Positions 36,620 through 48,253 of a DNA stretch of 48,253 nucleotides are shown piece after piece. The position numbers and the translations under genes are program-made. The notes beneath the pieces were generated by a model. That model saw only the letters and a list, made by a program, of their open reading frames with translations, searched no databases and was not told the DNA's origin. The DNA is taken from contig MU053539.1 of assembly GCA_013239625.1 (NCBI GenBank), forward strand, positions 1 to 48,253. Direction: 5' to 3'. Source of the DNA: Lama guanicoe. Taxonomy: Eukaryota. How positions within the stretch are numbered: position 1 is the first letter of the stretch; each line of letters begins with the position of its first letter.

Positions 36620-39320
36620 TCAGACAGAGCTGAAAGAGCTGAAACAAGTGTACAAACAGTAGCTGGACTCTCTCAGTAATATACTGAACACAGCAATATA
36701 CTGAACATACACTGAAAATAGAAAGCAAATTCGAATGCATAAATGAACTGAATGACCATGAACTAACTGGATGTTCTCACAAGCACAGAACCCTCCACGT
36801 AACAAGGCAGGCTATACTACGTTCTTTTCAATGCCATGTGGAGGTTTCCCTAAAGTACACTATATGCTGGGTCATAACACAAATCTTATCAAATGCAAAA
36901 TAGTTGAAATCATATAAAGAATGTTGTCTGACCAAAAGAGAAAAACTACCAATAAGTAAGAAAAAATGAAGAGGAAGATCTCCAAACACAAGAAAAATTA
37001 AACCGCACACTTCTAAATAGTCCATGGACCAAAGGGCAAGTATCAAGGGAAGTTAGAAACGATCTTGAACAAAATGAAAATGAGAAAACAACCTACCAAA
37101 ATGTGCAGGATGCAGCTGCAGCAGTGCCAGCATTAAATGTACAGCAGCAAATGCTTGTAGTAGAAAGACTACAGAACCCAAATCAGTAATGAAAGCTTCT
37201 AGTTAAGAAACTAGAAAAAAAAATCAAAATCAATTGAAAGCAAGGAGAATAAGAGAAATAGAGGTTGGAACAGAAATGAGAAAAAGAATAGAGATAATGA
37301 AACCCAAAGCTGATTGTTTGAAAAGGTCAATAGCATTACATCAACTTCTACACAGACAGACCAAAAGAAAAAAAAAAAAAAGACAAGTAAAGACACAGCT
37401 TACCAACATCAGGCATGAAACAGGCTACAGACAGACCGCACAGAAATGACAAGAATCCTATGAATGACTCTATATACCTACATTTGGCAATTTAGGTGAA
37501 ATGGAACAAATTATCAAAGCTCATTCAAAACTAAACAGATCATCTGAATAGACGTGAATCTATTTAAAAATCAAATTTGTAGTTGAAAAACTTACAGGAA
37601 AGAAACCTCCAGGCCCAGATGGTATCCCTGGAAAATCCTACCAAACGTGTAAGAAGAAATACCAGCAACCCTACACGGTCTCTTCAAGGAAGTAGAAGAG
37701 AAGGCCACTTGTTGAATCAGTTTATCAGATTAGCATTACCTTGATACCAGAATCAAACAGAGACAGTAATAGCAAATCAAATTCAATATATTAAAAGAAT
37801 AATACATCATGATCTACTGGGGTTTATCCCAGAAATGCAAAGCTGGTGCAGCATTCAAAAATCCATCAATCAATCCACCATATCAGCATACCAAAGAAAA
37901 AGAACTCCATGATCGTATCAACTGATGCAGAGAAAGCACCTGACAAAATTCAACAGCCATTCATGAAGAAAACACTCAGCCAACCAGGAGTAGAAGGGAG
38001 CTTTTAAAACCTGATACACAGCACCTACAATACCTGCACTTTCTGTCCTACTTCATGGAGAAAGACTAAATGTTTTCTCCCTAAGATCAGGAACAAGGCC
38101 AGGAGGATAGCCACTCTTATCTCGGCTAGAATTCAACATTGTACTAGAAGTCTTAGCCACTCTAGTAAGGAAAGAAAGGAAAGGAAGTGGTTTAGACTGG
38201 GAAGGAGGACATCAAACTGCTGCAATTCACAGATGACAAGATTCCCTACATAGAAAATCCCATGAAATCTATTAACAAAAACTCCTATAACTAATAAGCA
38301 ACTTTAACAATGTTGCAGGATACAAGCTCAACGCAAAAAAAAAAAAAAATCAGGTGTATTTCTCTGTACCAGCAATAAACAATTACAAAACAAAACTTCT
38401 TTAAAAGACTCCCACATACCATTTATAACAGCTTCTTCCCCTCTCCCGAAACCTAGAGAAACAGAAGCAAGACCTCTATGTTCAAAATTACAAAATGCTG
38501 AAGAAATATAAGACTTGTCAAAATGGAGACACATACTGTGTTCATGGGTTGATAAATTCAATATAATTAGGATGTCACTACACCCCAAATAGATCTATCA
38601 ATTTCATACAATTCCAGTAAAAATCCCAGCAGGATTTTTTTCTACATACAGACTAACCTATTATAAAATTGCTGTGGAAAGGCAAAGGAAGTACAATAGC
38701 CAAGTAATTCTGAAAAACAAAACTGGAGGAGTAACAGCAACTTTTAAGATTTACTATGCAGCTTCAACCAAGATATATAAACAATCTAAGTGTCCCCAGA
38801 GGGATGAATGGATAAAGAAAATGTGGTGACATATACAATGGAATATTATTCAGCCATAAGACAGAAATTCTGCCTTTTGCAACATGAATGGACCTTGAGG
38901 GCTTTATGCTAAGTGAAATAAGCCAGAGAGAGAAAGACAAATATTCTATGTTCTCCCCTATAAGTGAAATCTAAAAAAGTCAAACTCACAGAAATAGTTT
39001 AGAAGGGTGGTTGCCAGGGGCTGGGGGAAATGCTGGTCAAAGGGTACAAACTTCCAGCTACAAAATGCTTAACATATGAGGATCCAATGTACAGCATGGT
39101 GACGGTAATTACTAGTACTGTATTATCTATTGAAAGGTAAGAGGGTAGATCTGAAATGCTATCAAAATAAAAAAAAATTTTTCAGGTAATGATGTGAGGG
39201 GATAATGTTAACAAACTTTAATGTGGTAACCATTTTGCAACATATACGTATATCAAATCATCACAGTTGTATAACTTAAACTTACATGTAACATGTCAAT
39301 AATAGCTCAATAAAGCTAGA
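36620..39320 (+). mobile_element. Decayed L1 ORF2 (endonuclease end and RT) plus an L1MA-like 3' end from ~38765
   Basis: Degenerate RT motifs: tcaactgatgcagagaaagcacctgacaaaattcaacagccattcatg (SIDAEKAFDKIQHPFM-like, ~37918), ggaacaaggccagga (GTRQG-like, ~38090) and ttcacagatgacaagatt (FADDMI-like, ~38226). Ends ctcaataaagct. Confidence 0.9.
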
Positions 39321-40139
39321 GATATAAAAGAGTCCTCAGTTTTTCCACTGGGAGTGCCTTCAAGCTGGATCTGTGTCCCTCTGACACCTTCCCATCATCC
39401 CTCGAACTTTCCCTTATTACTACATGACAAGTTGAGGCAGGCTCATCTATCCTTACCCTCCTCCAGCTTGGGAACCCATCATTTTGTGGAGAATGGTATT
39501 TAGAAGCTAGGGGGAGGTATACTTATTGCCACTGGGATGTTGCTGTTTCTAGAAATTTAGGGATTAATGTGTGTACACATACAGGCGTACATCTGTATCT
39601 ATCAATCGACCCACATATGCACACATCTTGATTGAAACCCAAGAGTTCTCATGGAGAACTTTAATTTCAGTACTGTAATAGCTCGGGATTTGTTCTTGTT
39701 TACTTCCTTTCCATATTTGAAATTCCCTTTTCCAAAAGGGACAGGCATCGCCCCCACCACCCTTATACACTTACTGAGCTGATGAATCCCGAAGCATATT
39801 AGCCATCCCTCCTCCACATAGAGGCCCTCCTCACACGCTGGGCTGAACCATCCCCCGCCCTTGACTTCCACGCTCCGCTCCAGCTTGAGTCCCTGGGCCA
39901 GTCAACCTTTTCCCCACCCAACCTCCAGGGACATCCTCCTTCCGCCTTGGGCTCTGACTCCCCAAGCTGGGAGGCCTCTACATGCATACACTTGCCTTGC
40001 CTTGCAGCACCTAGTCGCTTTAGGACTGAACTGCTCAAGCACAAACCAAAAGGGAAAAGGTGAATATATCTTAATATAATCAGTTTATGAAGGTGAAGTG
40101 GGCCAAATCCAAACAATATGATGAAGCCAGAGTGTTCTT

Positions 40140-40585
40140 GCTCACAGTCCTACAGATCCCCAAACAGCTCAGATACTTTACACCTTAACACAAACATCCC
40201 CCTGCACCCCTCCCAAAAGAAGCTGAGAGACATCACAACTTGGGATCCAGAATCACAAACAGCTCAGAGACCTCATACTCTGGACTGCAGATACCTAGAG
40301 ATCTCACACCCAGGGACTCAAATTTCCAAACGCTCAGAAGATGCACACCCGGGCATACAGGCACACAATGCCTAAGAGGCTTTGTACCATGGCTCACAAA
40401 ATCCACTCAGATAAAATATCCCATTCACCCACAATCTCTGCAAAGGCTCAGACATCAGAGAGATCAAAGGCACCCAAACAGCATGTGTGATGTCATACCT
40501 AGCGGTACACATCCCCAAATGGCATGACACACTTTACTTCCCCGGAAGAGACACTAAGAAAGCTCAGAGACCTCGGCCTCGACAT
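40140..40585 (+). repeat. Degenerate ~38-bp tandem array, cluster 2
   Basis: acagctcagatactttacacc, aagctgagagacatcacaacttgggatccagaatcacaa, acagctcagagacctcatactctggac, acgctcagaagatgcacacccgggcatacaggcacacaa, aagctcagagacctcggcc. Confidence 0.8.
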
Positions 40586-40589
40586 TAAC

Positions 40590-41480
40590 CGCACTGCATC
40601 TGTCCGACTGACGGTGCGCTGCCACACGCGCCCAGGGAGACTCGTGACTGGGCCAGGGCTCAACACGGCTGAGAGAGCTCACAGGAAGACAGCGCCGTCA
40701 CCCTGCACGGCAGCCACTGCGCCCAGCCTCGCCACTGACCCGGACAGCCATTCGGCCCCCACGGAAGGGTTAGTTGTGGAGTAGTCGAACTCCGAAAAAT
40801 CTACACTCCCAAAAGGCCCGCGCGCGGTCGCACGCACGCACACGCACGCACACGCACACGCACTCGCACACGCACACGCACACGCACGCGACCTCTCACA
40901 CTAAACTCCCGCTTGGCGACCACAGCGTCCATCCCAGAGGCGGCCAATGGGAACTGGGCAAGCGAGGAGAGAGGGCGGGAGTAGCGGGACTTCCGGCGCC
41001 GCTAGAACGTCCGAAAGAGCTTATTCCGGCAATCTCGCCGTGACCAATCACCGCCCTGAACAGTCCTTGACTGCGTCCCCCGCACCCGGCAGCCAATCTC
41101 TCGCCTCGTTTCCACCCCGAGCTGGATGTGACCATGTGAAAACGTAGGGATGGAGTTGGAGAAGTAACAAAGAAGGCTGCCACCTCAGACCCGGGATCCG
41201 TCTGGGCTCGAATGCGCCGGGAAAATGGAGTCGTGCCAATGGAGATAGACCCGGCGGTGCCATGAGTGCCTCCTCTGGGAAATGTGGTTGATGCCTGACG
41301 CGGTGAACGGGGACCCTCAATGTTGTTACACACGCGATGGATTATTCCAGTACCGATACCCCCTTCCTAGTGGTACCTTCCCGAGTGACGGTGCTCCCTC
41401 TACGCCCCGCAGTGGTACGTCCCAGAACAGAACTATGCCATCTCGTGCGCCCCTTGGTGGTCGGCTTGGGGAACGGCAGA
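40590..41480. promoter_or_regulatory. CpG-island promoter (ZNF143/SBS-like, CCAAT x4, GC box, ETS)
   Basis: ctacactcccaaaaggc (40801-40817), ccaat at 40944, 41044, 41093 and 41236, gggcgg (~40973) and acttccgg (40989-40996). Dense CpG. Confidence 0.82.
40819..40890 (+). repeat. (CACG/CACGCA)n alternating purine-pyrimidine tract
   Basis: cgcgcgcggtcgcacgcacgcacacgcacgcacacgcacacgcactcgcacacgcacacgcacacgcacgcg. Confidence 0.95.
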
Positions 41481-41997
41481 TGGAGATGCCAGGGTTGTTC
41501 CCCAAAGGGAGGGGAGGGCAAAGGCAAGATGAAAATGAAAACCCCACAGATCCCTGCAGTCTTGGATTCGGGAAAAAGTCTTCGTATACTGAAGATTACT
41601 TCCCTGTCGTGGCCACCACTATAACAAGGAGCATTACGAAGCGTTTTCTCTGTGTTGGGCATTGTGCTTGCTCGTGCCTCCTTGCGTAACACAGAAGAGG
41701 TCTTGTGGGAGAAGGGAGCCAAAGTCCCCCAGGAGGCAGGAGGGTTAAAACTCCCAACTGGGGCCAGAAAGCCTAATATGGGGCAGGTGTCTGTCACTGA
41801 CTGTGAGTAATAGGTGGAAAGGACAGCAGGGCCTTCGATTGTTTTAGGAAAGGGGCCATCTCCCAGGAGCCCCAAGGACACTGAGTCGGTGAGATAAAGA
41901 CCACGGGCTTCATCACTATCCTGTCATCTCTGTACATGTTCCCTAGCAGAATCCTCGGCCTGTCTGGCTATGCCTCTCTCCACAACTTTGCACTTGC

Positions 41998-42515
41998 TTA
42001 TTCATTCCGTCATTCACTCATTCATTCATTCTCTCCAAAGCATGTGTCAGGCACAATTATGGGTGTTAGGAAAGAGAAAAAAAAAAACCCTTACCCTGAT
42101 GGAGCTTACCTTCTGTTGGGATCATACAGCCTCCAAAATGTAAGTAATCTGTCACGTGTTGGTAACTTCTATGATTAAAATAAAATTGCAATAAAGAAAT
42201 AGAGAGGGGGAGCATATCCACGGAGTGGTCAGGGAAGGTCTTTCTAAGATTGTGACATGTGAGCAGAAACGAGAGGAGAAGAATATCTGCGAGAAAAGCA
42301 TCCCAGAGAGAGGTAAGAGCCAGTGCAAAAATGCAGGAATGGAACTCAGTCCGGCGTGCATGGGCACAGTGTGGAGGCCAATGTGTGGCTGGCACAGCAG
42401 ATGACAGGAGAGGTAGGGGATCCCCTGAGAGAGGTAATGAGGACCAGGTCATGTAGGGCCTTCTGGGCCATGGTGAGGACTTCAACTTGAACCACGGGAG
42501 GGTTTTTGGCAGGAA
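41998..42515 (-). mobile_element. L2 3' remnant
   Basis: ttcattcattc...gtgtcaggcac...ggagcttaccttctgttggg...gtggtcagggaaggtctttctaag...ggccatggtgaggactt. Confidence 0.8.
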
Positions 42516-43854
42516 GCCCCCATGCCTCTTTCAGAGGCCATAAGCCCAGGTCACCCAATATATGTGGAGGAGCTCCCAGTTTGCTCCCAGGGAGTACCCC
42601 TCCCCCAGCCCCTCTGCAGCTAATTTACCTTTCCTGAACAATCTCTTAGATCTCGGGGAGTCCCCCCGGCTGCTCCCCATGAACATCATGTCCCCATGTC
42701 AAAGGATGATACCTTCAGAAGAGGATGAGCAAGGGCCCTCATGGTGTGAGTGAGGTCACACCCAGTCCCGTACAGGGCACATGAGGGACAGTGTCACAGG
42801 CACAGAGAAGACAGAGAGAAAGAGCATTAGAGAGACAGGGGCAGAGAGACCATTTCTGGCAACACAGTGTCCCCACTTGATTAGCACCCACCTATGGGCC
42901 CCGATATCTGCTGTGCATGATGTGCCTGTCTCTGCAGGGGCCAAGAAGCCCTCCCCAGGGACGGTCTCTAGGTAATGACTCAGCTGCCCGAGGCCTGGGC
43001 CGCAGTCACACTGCCTTGACAGCCATCGGGGCCCTCTGCCCATCAGGACGAGGGCACGTTCCCGTTATGGGGAGGCTCCTGCTGTACAGTGTCCCACACA
43101 GCCCCTCCAGCCCTTGTCTGCTCTCCTGCTGACCTCAGTGCCAAAAAAAAAATGCTTTAGGCAGGGGAGGGGAAGCTGGTCTCCCTACATTTGTGGTGGG
43201 GGTTTGTGCAAATTGATCAACTGAGGCATTTCCTCTGCTGCTTGGAGGCTCACCCCTGTAGCTGCCACCAGCACCTGCAGAGGGAATGTGGGCATTACAT
43301 TCAGTACATCGAGTACCAAGCAGGTGTGTGATGGAGGGACACGGAGACAAATCCTGACGATGAGTCAGTCACAGGGTCCTTATGGCCCTGGGCAAAACTT
43401 GCCCTCCCCACAACCTGGCCTGAATGGTGCTTGTGGAAGCTTCCTTGCCTCCCCCAAGGAGCCCAAATTTACATCTACTTCCTCCCCTCCTCCTGAGCCT
43501 AGAAGCCCCATCCACACTGCATCTCAGGCCCCCCTATCTGCAAAAGGTGCCCATCTCGTTGGGGGTTGGGCAGATCGCTGAGTGAATATGTATACGTGGG
43601 TTTTATCACAGGACACCTAGCAAGGTTAGTGGTGATGTCAGGAAATATTGTTCATGTCCATATTAAACCATGGGCTTCCATAACCTGTACACGACAGAGG
43701 GCTTACCCTCCCTGAGAATGGGGACCCTAAGCTTTCATCTCCATGGTACCAGGGCAGGCATGGGAGAAATCACAGCAAAAGTGAAATCACACGCCTACTT
43801 CTAAGGCCTGTGAGAGTAAGGTCCAGCCTGCCTTCCTCTCAAGAACATTCTCAC

Positions 43855-44615
43855 ATGCAGATACATGAACAGCTCGGAGACCCAACCCTCTGGACAAACA
43901 CCATCCCCCAAATACTTTAGAGACCTCGTGCCCTGCGGCAGAGACCTACAAACAGTTCAGAGACCTCTCATCCTAAACATTAACCACAAACAGCTCAAAC
44001 ATGTCACACCTGAGACACAGACCCCAGCCAGCTCAGATAATTCCTACTGGAGATGCAGAAAATTTCGGATGATTATTGCTGGCCACCCAGTTCTACAAAA
44101 GTTCTGTGGTTACCACCGAGGTTGCTGACCGCCAGTGCACTCTGAAGGAATTCGGAGTGAAAAACACGATGAGACCTTCTGTGCTTTGGACAAACAGGCC
44201 CTTATTTAGTTAGATGCATACCTCATGAAGAAGTTCAATGACCCGAGCTCCTTGCATCTTTCCGTACACAGAAAAGCATGGAAATCATTAACTTGAGCTA
44301 TCTGATCTTTGTGGTTAACACTAATCTTGTACCAATATGTATGCTTGACTGCATGGATGCCCTAGGCAAAATTCTCTAAGCTGGCTTCTCCCCTGCCTTT
44401 TCAGGGCCGTTTCCTCAGAGCTGAGTGGCTATCTCCCCGGCTACAGTCCTCAGCAAGACCCTGAATAAAAGCTAAACTCACAGTTCTTAAGTTGTGTGCT
44501 TTTCTTTAAGTTGACACTACTCAGGCCACAGCTGCCCTTCAGCTCAGAGGCCTCACACACCTCCCAATAGAGCCTAGAGTGTGCACCCTGGAACACAGAG
44601 CCACACATCTTTAGC
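43855..44615 (+). repeat. Degenerate ~38-bp tandem array, cluster 3 (interrupted by the LTR at 44048-44516)
   Basis: acagctcggagacccaaccctctggac, acagttcagagacctctcatcc and acagctcaaacatgtcacacctgagacacagacccc before the LTR. cagctcagaggcctcacacacc...caccctggaacacagagccacac after it. Confidence 0.75.
44048..44516 (+). mobile_element. Solo LTR (ERV1, MER34/MER39-like) with 4-bp TSD
   Basis: TG...CA termini flanked by ctac (44044-44047 and 44517-44520). ggctacagtcctcagcaagaccctgAATAAAa...ctttaagttgaCA. Confidence 0.88.
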
Positions 44616-45719
44616 TCTGGGCTGCTGTGTGGGCAGTGACAGTGACTCTGGCCCAGCAACCCCCAGGGCGAGAGGCCTCAGGTGTGCCGATCCTTGTTGT
44701 GTGCAGTCACCACCATGTCATCGTGAGGAAGGCAGGTTCACTCCAGGGATGGGGAGCACCCTGGAGCAGAGGGATCCTGAGAGTGACCTCTCATGTGTGG
44801 GTTCTGGGAATGGCCACCATCTGGCCAACCGTGGTCACCTCTGTACATGGTCACTTTTGCATCCTGCCCCACGGGGAGTTTAGTGTGAATCCCACATCCC
44901 CCGGAGGAGGAATGTGGACCCGGTCATCTCTGGGGTCTCTCAGGACCCGCTGTGGGGTACTGGATCCTGGAGCTATGAGAGGTCTTCACAGTGCCCTTGG
45001 CAACTATGTTAAATCCATCTGATCACCCCTGTCATTTCCCAAACTCCCTCTCCTAATGACAGCTGCCACAACTCCTGTCTCTCCCCTGTCTGCCCCCTTA
45101 GCCCACCACCAGGCCTCCCCTTCCACCCCTGGGGCCTCTTTAGCCCCTCCCCCAGCCCTAGTCACAAGGCCTCAGTTACACCCCCATCCCAGTTTGCTTC
45201 CTCTCACCCAGCACCCAGCGCTGCCTCAGGGCATCCCCTCAGGACCCTCCGTGCTCCCTGCAAGGACAGAACATTCTGCAGGACACCTGTCTCCTGCCCA
45301 CACACAGGGGTCACGCATAAGGTCCCCGTTGGGGCACATCTGGAAATCTCTACAGGATCCAGATGAAACTCCAGACCCAGACCAGGAGTCCAGGGCAGTT
45401 CCCCCAGGGCTGCGGGGAAGGGAGATGGTTTTTGAGGGGAGGAGCTGCGGTGAGTGTCCCCCAAGAGTTGGGATGACGGTGCAGGGCTGGGTCTGTGAGG
45501 ACAGGGAGTGGACCCTGAGGGGCCTGGGGCTGTGTGAACGCCAGGACTGCCCCAGCTCCTGTCCTTACGTTCGACCCAGCCAGTTGCCTGCCTTCTCTGG
45601 GCCCGAGTGTCCTCACCGGTGACAGGGGCAACAGGGTTTTCTCCCAAGGGGCCTAGGGAGATTTAAGTGAGACGGCACCTAACCAGTGCTAAGGACACTG
45701 CAGATCAGATCAGGGGTTC

Positions 45720-46240
45720 CCTAAAACGCAGAGCCCCGCAGGAGAGCGCCAGCGGACTCCCTCAGTGACCTCACTCAACTGGCCACTGACCAGGGAAGTG
45801 TCTCCAGCCTGTCAAGAGGACAGGGGGCCCTCCTGGAGGCTGGGTTCTCCAGGTCCTCCAGCGCTTAGGGCCGAGCCCGCCATTTGCGAACCCCAGTCGC
45901 AACCTCAGGGCCCGGGTGTGCAAGTGCGAGTGCGGGGACGGACTTGGGGGTCGGCCCTTGTCCCGCAGAGGAGCCAGAGCCGACGGCCTCTGGGTGGGCG
46001 GCTTAGAGAGGTCCTGGTTCCTTGCCTCCAACGCCCCACAACCAATCAGGGGCCCCAACGCTGGCTCCTGGTTTCTTCGAAACTGCTGGAGATGGTCGTG
46101 GTCAAAATGGGGCTGGAGCAGCCTCCCGGACTGAGAAAGGGGGTCCCTCCAAGTCAGATTGGGGTTTGGGTGCCAAGACAGCATCCTCGCCTTCTCTATC
46201 CAAAGCTGGGGCTTTCTCCCTGGGGTGCGGCGGACTTTTT
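45720..46240. promoter_or_regulatory. CpG-rich promoter-like region
   Basis: ccgccatttg (45877-45886, YY1-like, reading caaatggcgg on minus), gggtgggcgg (~45992) and ccaatca (46042). Minus-strand GTGAG donors lie at ~45616 and ~45774. Confidence 0.55.
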
Positions 46241-46424
46241 ATCTTCCCTCCATACACAGAATTTGCATTGTTATCCAGTAGACCCTCCTCCCCTGTGGTA
46301 CCTCCTATAGTGGTGCCTCCCGTCTCTGCACCCACAATGGTTCGTTCCAGTAGCAGAAGGTTCCATCCTCATACCTCCTCCCCAGACACCTCCAGGAGGT
46401 GAGACCCCAGTGGGGGCTGCTTCT

Positions 46425-46590
46425 GACTTCAGTCCTGCGAGTTATTCTGGTGGATCTAACGCGAGTGTGAAACTTAGTGTGCATCCGAGTCACCTGGAGG
46501 GCTTGTTAAAATGCTGATTGCTGCCCCTCTTTCTGATTCGATGGGGCCCAGGTGGGGCCCGAGAATTTGCATTTTGAACAGGCTCAGCCT
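46425..46590 (+). mobile_element. MER5A-like hAT DNA transposon remnant
   Basis: aaacttagtgtgcatccgagtcacctggagggcttgttaaaatgctgattgctg...ggtggggcccgagaatttgcattttgaacagg. Confidence 0.85.
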
Positions 46591-46819
46591 CTCTCCCACA
46601 CAACGAAGTGGACTCTTTGATTCCTCCCTCCCTCCACCTTGTTGCTAGTGAGCGGTTCCTTCTCTTTCTCCCTCCCTCCTTGCCCCCCAGCACACCCAAA
46701 TGAACAGTCTTGTCACCAGACCCTGAAGATCTTGAAGGGAACAAAAGTCTAAGCTCCCTGTTCACTGCAGCAAACCGTCTGCCCCAAAAATGGTGTGAGG
46801 GTGTCAGCAAAAGTGATTT

Positions 46820-47470
46820 TTCTCTCTTGCATCACTGATGGACAGCATTGTGGTAGCATCTATCAAAGTGAAAAATCCTTCCACTGCTAGGTCGGTGAGG
46901 GCGGTGATGCGGTGTTTAGGTCCATTGTGGTCAGTCTCCAGTGCCCAGTACATAGTAGGTGCTCACTGGATGATCGGTGAATACTGCGTTTGACCCAGCA
47001 ATTCCACTTTAAATGTGTGTAATAAGCACACACATTCACAGCACTGTGCGTACAGGGAAGGTAGCAGCAAACGACCATGAACCGCCTCTAGATGTCCATT
47101 AATAGTCAATGATCATTAGATGGTAAATGAACGGTGATGGGTTCGTATGACACCAGGGAGCACACGCTGGCCATGGAAAGGAATGAGGGGACCAGTCTGT
47201 ACTGATCAGAGAGATCTTCTTCAGGACATGTTGTTCATGTGGGGGCGGGGAAGCAAAGCGGAGATGCTCATGGTTGGACCTGTTGTGTGTGCGTGTTGTT
47301 TAAATACAGAGAAATATGTTTGAAAGGAACAAGGAAACACTCATAACTAACCCCACCGGTAGGCCCAGAGTAGAGAACGTGGAGGAATGATCTGACCTGT
47401 GTGGTCTGTGTACTGATGTAGTAATGGAATCTTTTACACCAGCCCCATGTTCACGTATTATTTGAGTAAC
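46820..47470 (+). mobile_element. Old L1 (L1ME-like) 3' remnant
   Basis: tttgacccagcaattccacttt...cattcacagcactgtgcgtac...tagatgtccattaatag...aaggaatgagg. Confidence 0.65.
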
Positions 47471-48253
47471 TCTTTATAAACAAAGTCATGGAATGAAAAC
47501 AATACCTGCAGCCCAGAGCATTTGTAAGTGAGAGCATCTGGAGTGTGTCCCGGAACAGAGTTCTGAAACGTACATGCCCCAGAGCCAGGCAGTTAACGTG
47601 CATAAGTGAACCCAGCTCCTGTGAGGGTAAGGAAGAGCAGCAGATGGGTGTGTAAATGTTCCCTGCCTGTACCCACCTCCCAGAGTGTGTACAATAGAGG
47701 TGATGGGGCTGGTGCAGACCCCGGACCCACCCAACTTCCTCATCATCACACAGAGTGGTAATTGTCAGCATAGCAACAGCCGTTACATCTTCACACTGAC
47801 AGAAACTCGGGAGTTTCCCTCAACGTCTTCATTACAGGACACACACACACACACCTGTCATATGAGAAGGCTAACCGATCCTCTTAACCCAGCATGCAGG
47901 GACTAATTCAGACTGACTTAGGAATTGGTTCTGCCTGTGATGAATTAACAGTTATCCTCCCACTTTAAATAACTAAAAAAATTGGAAATGACCTTTTGGG
48001 TATGGTACAACAGGCATGCAGGAAGTTGATACCCGAGAGAAGGGGGAAAATGAGGCAAGCACTACAGTTTGTCTCAGGTTACTTCCTGGAGAGGGTTTGC
48101 AGGCTTCAGTGCAGGTAGAGGGAACCCAAACAGAGGCCAGCATTCTCCCAGAGTTGAGGAAACAGCATTCAGCATGCAGGGAGACCATGGCATCCAGAAT
48201 TCCTAGAGCCGAGAAATAGAGAAAAAGGTGTTTCCTGGAGTTGGGAAAGAGAG

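Noticed and set aside
26225..44615. ~38-bp arrays as a CRISPR array
   Set aside because: The units are degenerate head-to-tail repeats with no invariant repeat/unique spacer pattern, there are no cas genes, and the context is mammalian.
46565..46572. Octamer ATTTGCAT as an snRNA or immunoglobulin promoter element
   Set aside because: This copy is part of the MER5A-like sequence, and no snRNA or V-gene follows it or the copy at 46261.

Overview
This is mammalian nuclear DNA, most likely camelid (alpaca or camel), judged from vic-1-like tRNA-derived SINEs and matching young L1 3' ends. It contains a 255-nt assembly gap. I recognise no intact protein-coding gene, and the ORF track is mostly chance ORFs in GC-rich or repeat-derived DNA. 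Much of the window is L1, L2, MIR, CR1, SINE and LTR remnants, and there are three CpG-rich promoter-like regions (~6.7 kb, ~40.9 kb, ~45.9 kb). Four signals stand out. (1) Bases 1-49 are an exact reverse complement of 6074-6122, and mirror-image homology continues inward in decayed form for about 1 kb. This looks like the edge of a gene-converted inverted repeat (palindrome) whose arm carries an RFX/ETS promoter. (2) A degenerate ~38-bp tandem-repeat family occurs in three separate arrays, one split by an LTR with an intact target-site duplication (TSD). (3) A minus-strand endogenous retrovirus (ERV) remnant shows env-TM, polypurine tract and 3' LTR in order. (4) A chain of minus-strand exon-like segments ends in a poly(A) signal near 10.5 kb and may be a decayed or fast-evolving gene or lncRNA. 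All repeat-family names are by-eye assignments and most boundaries are approximate.
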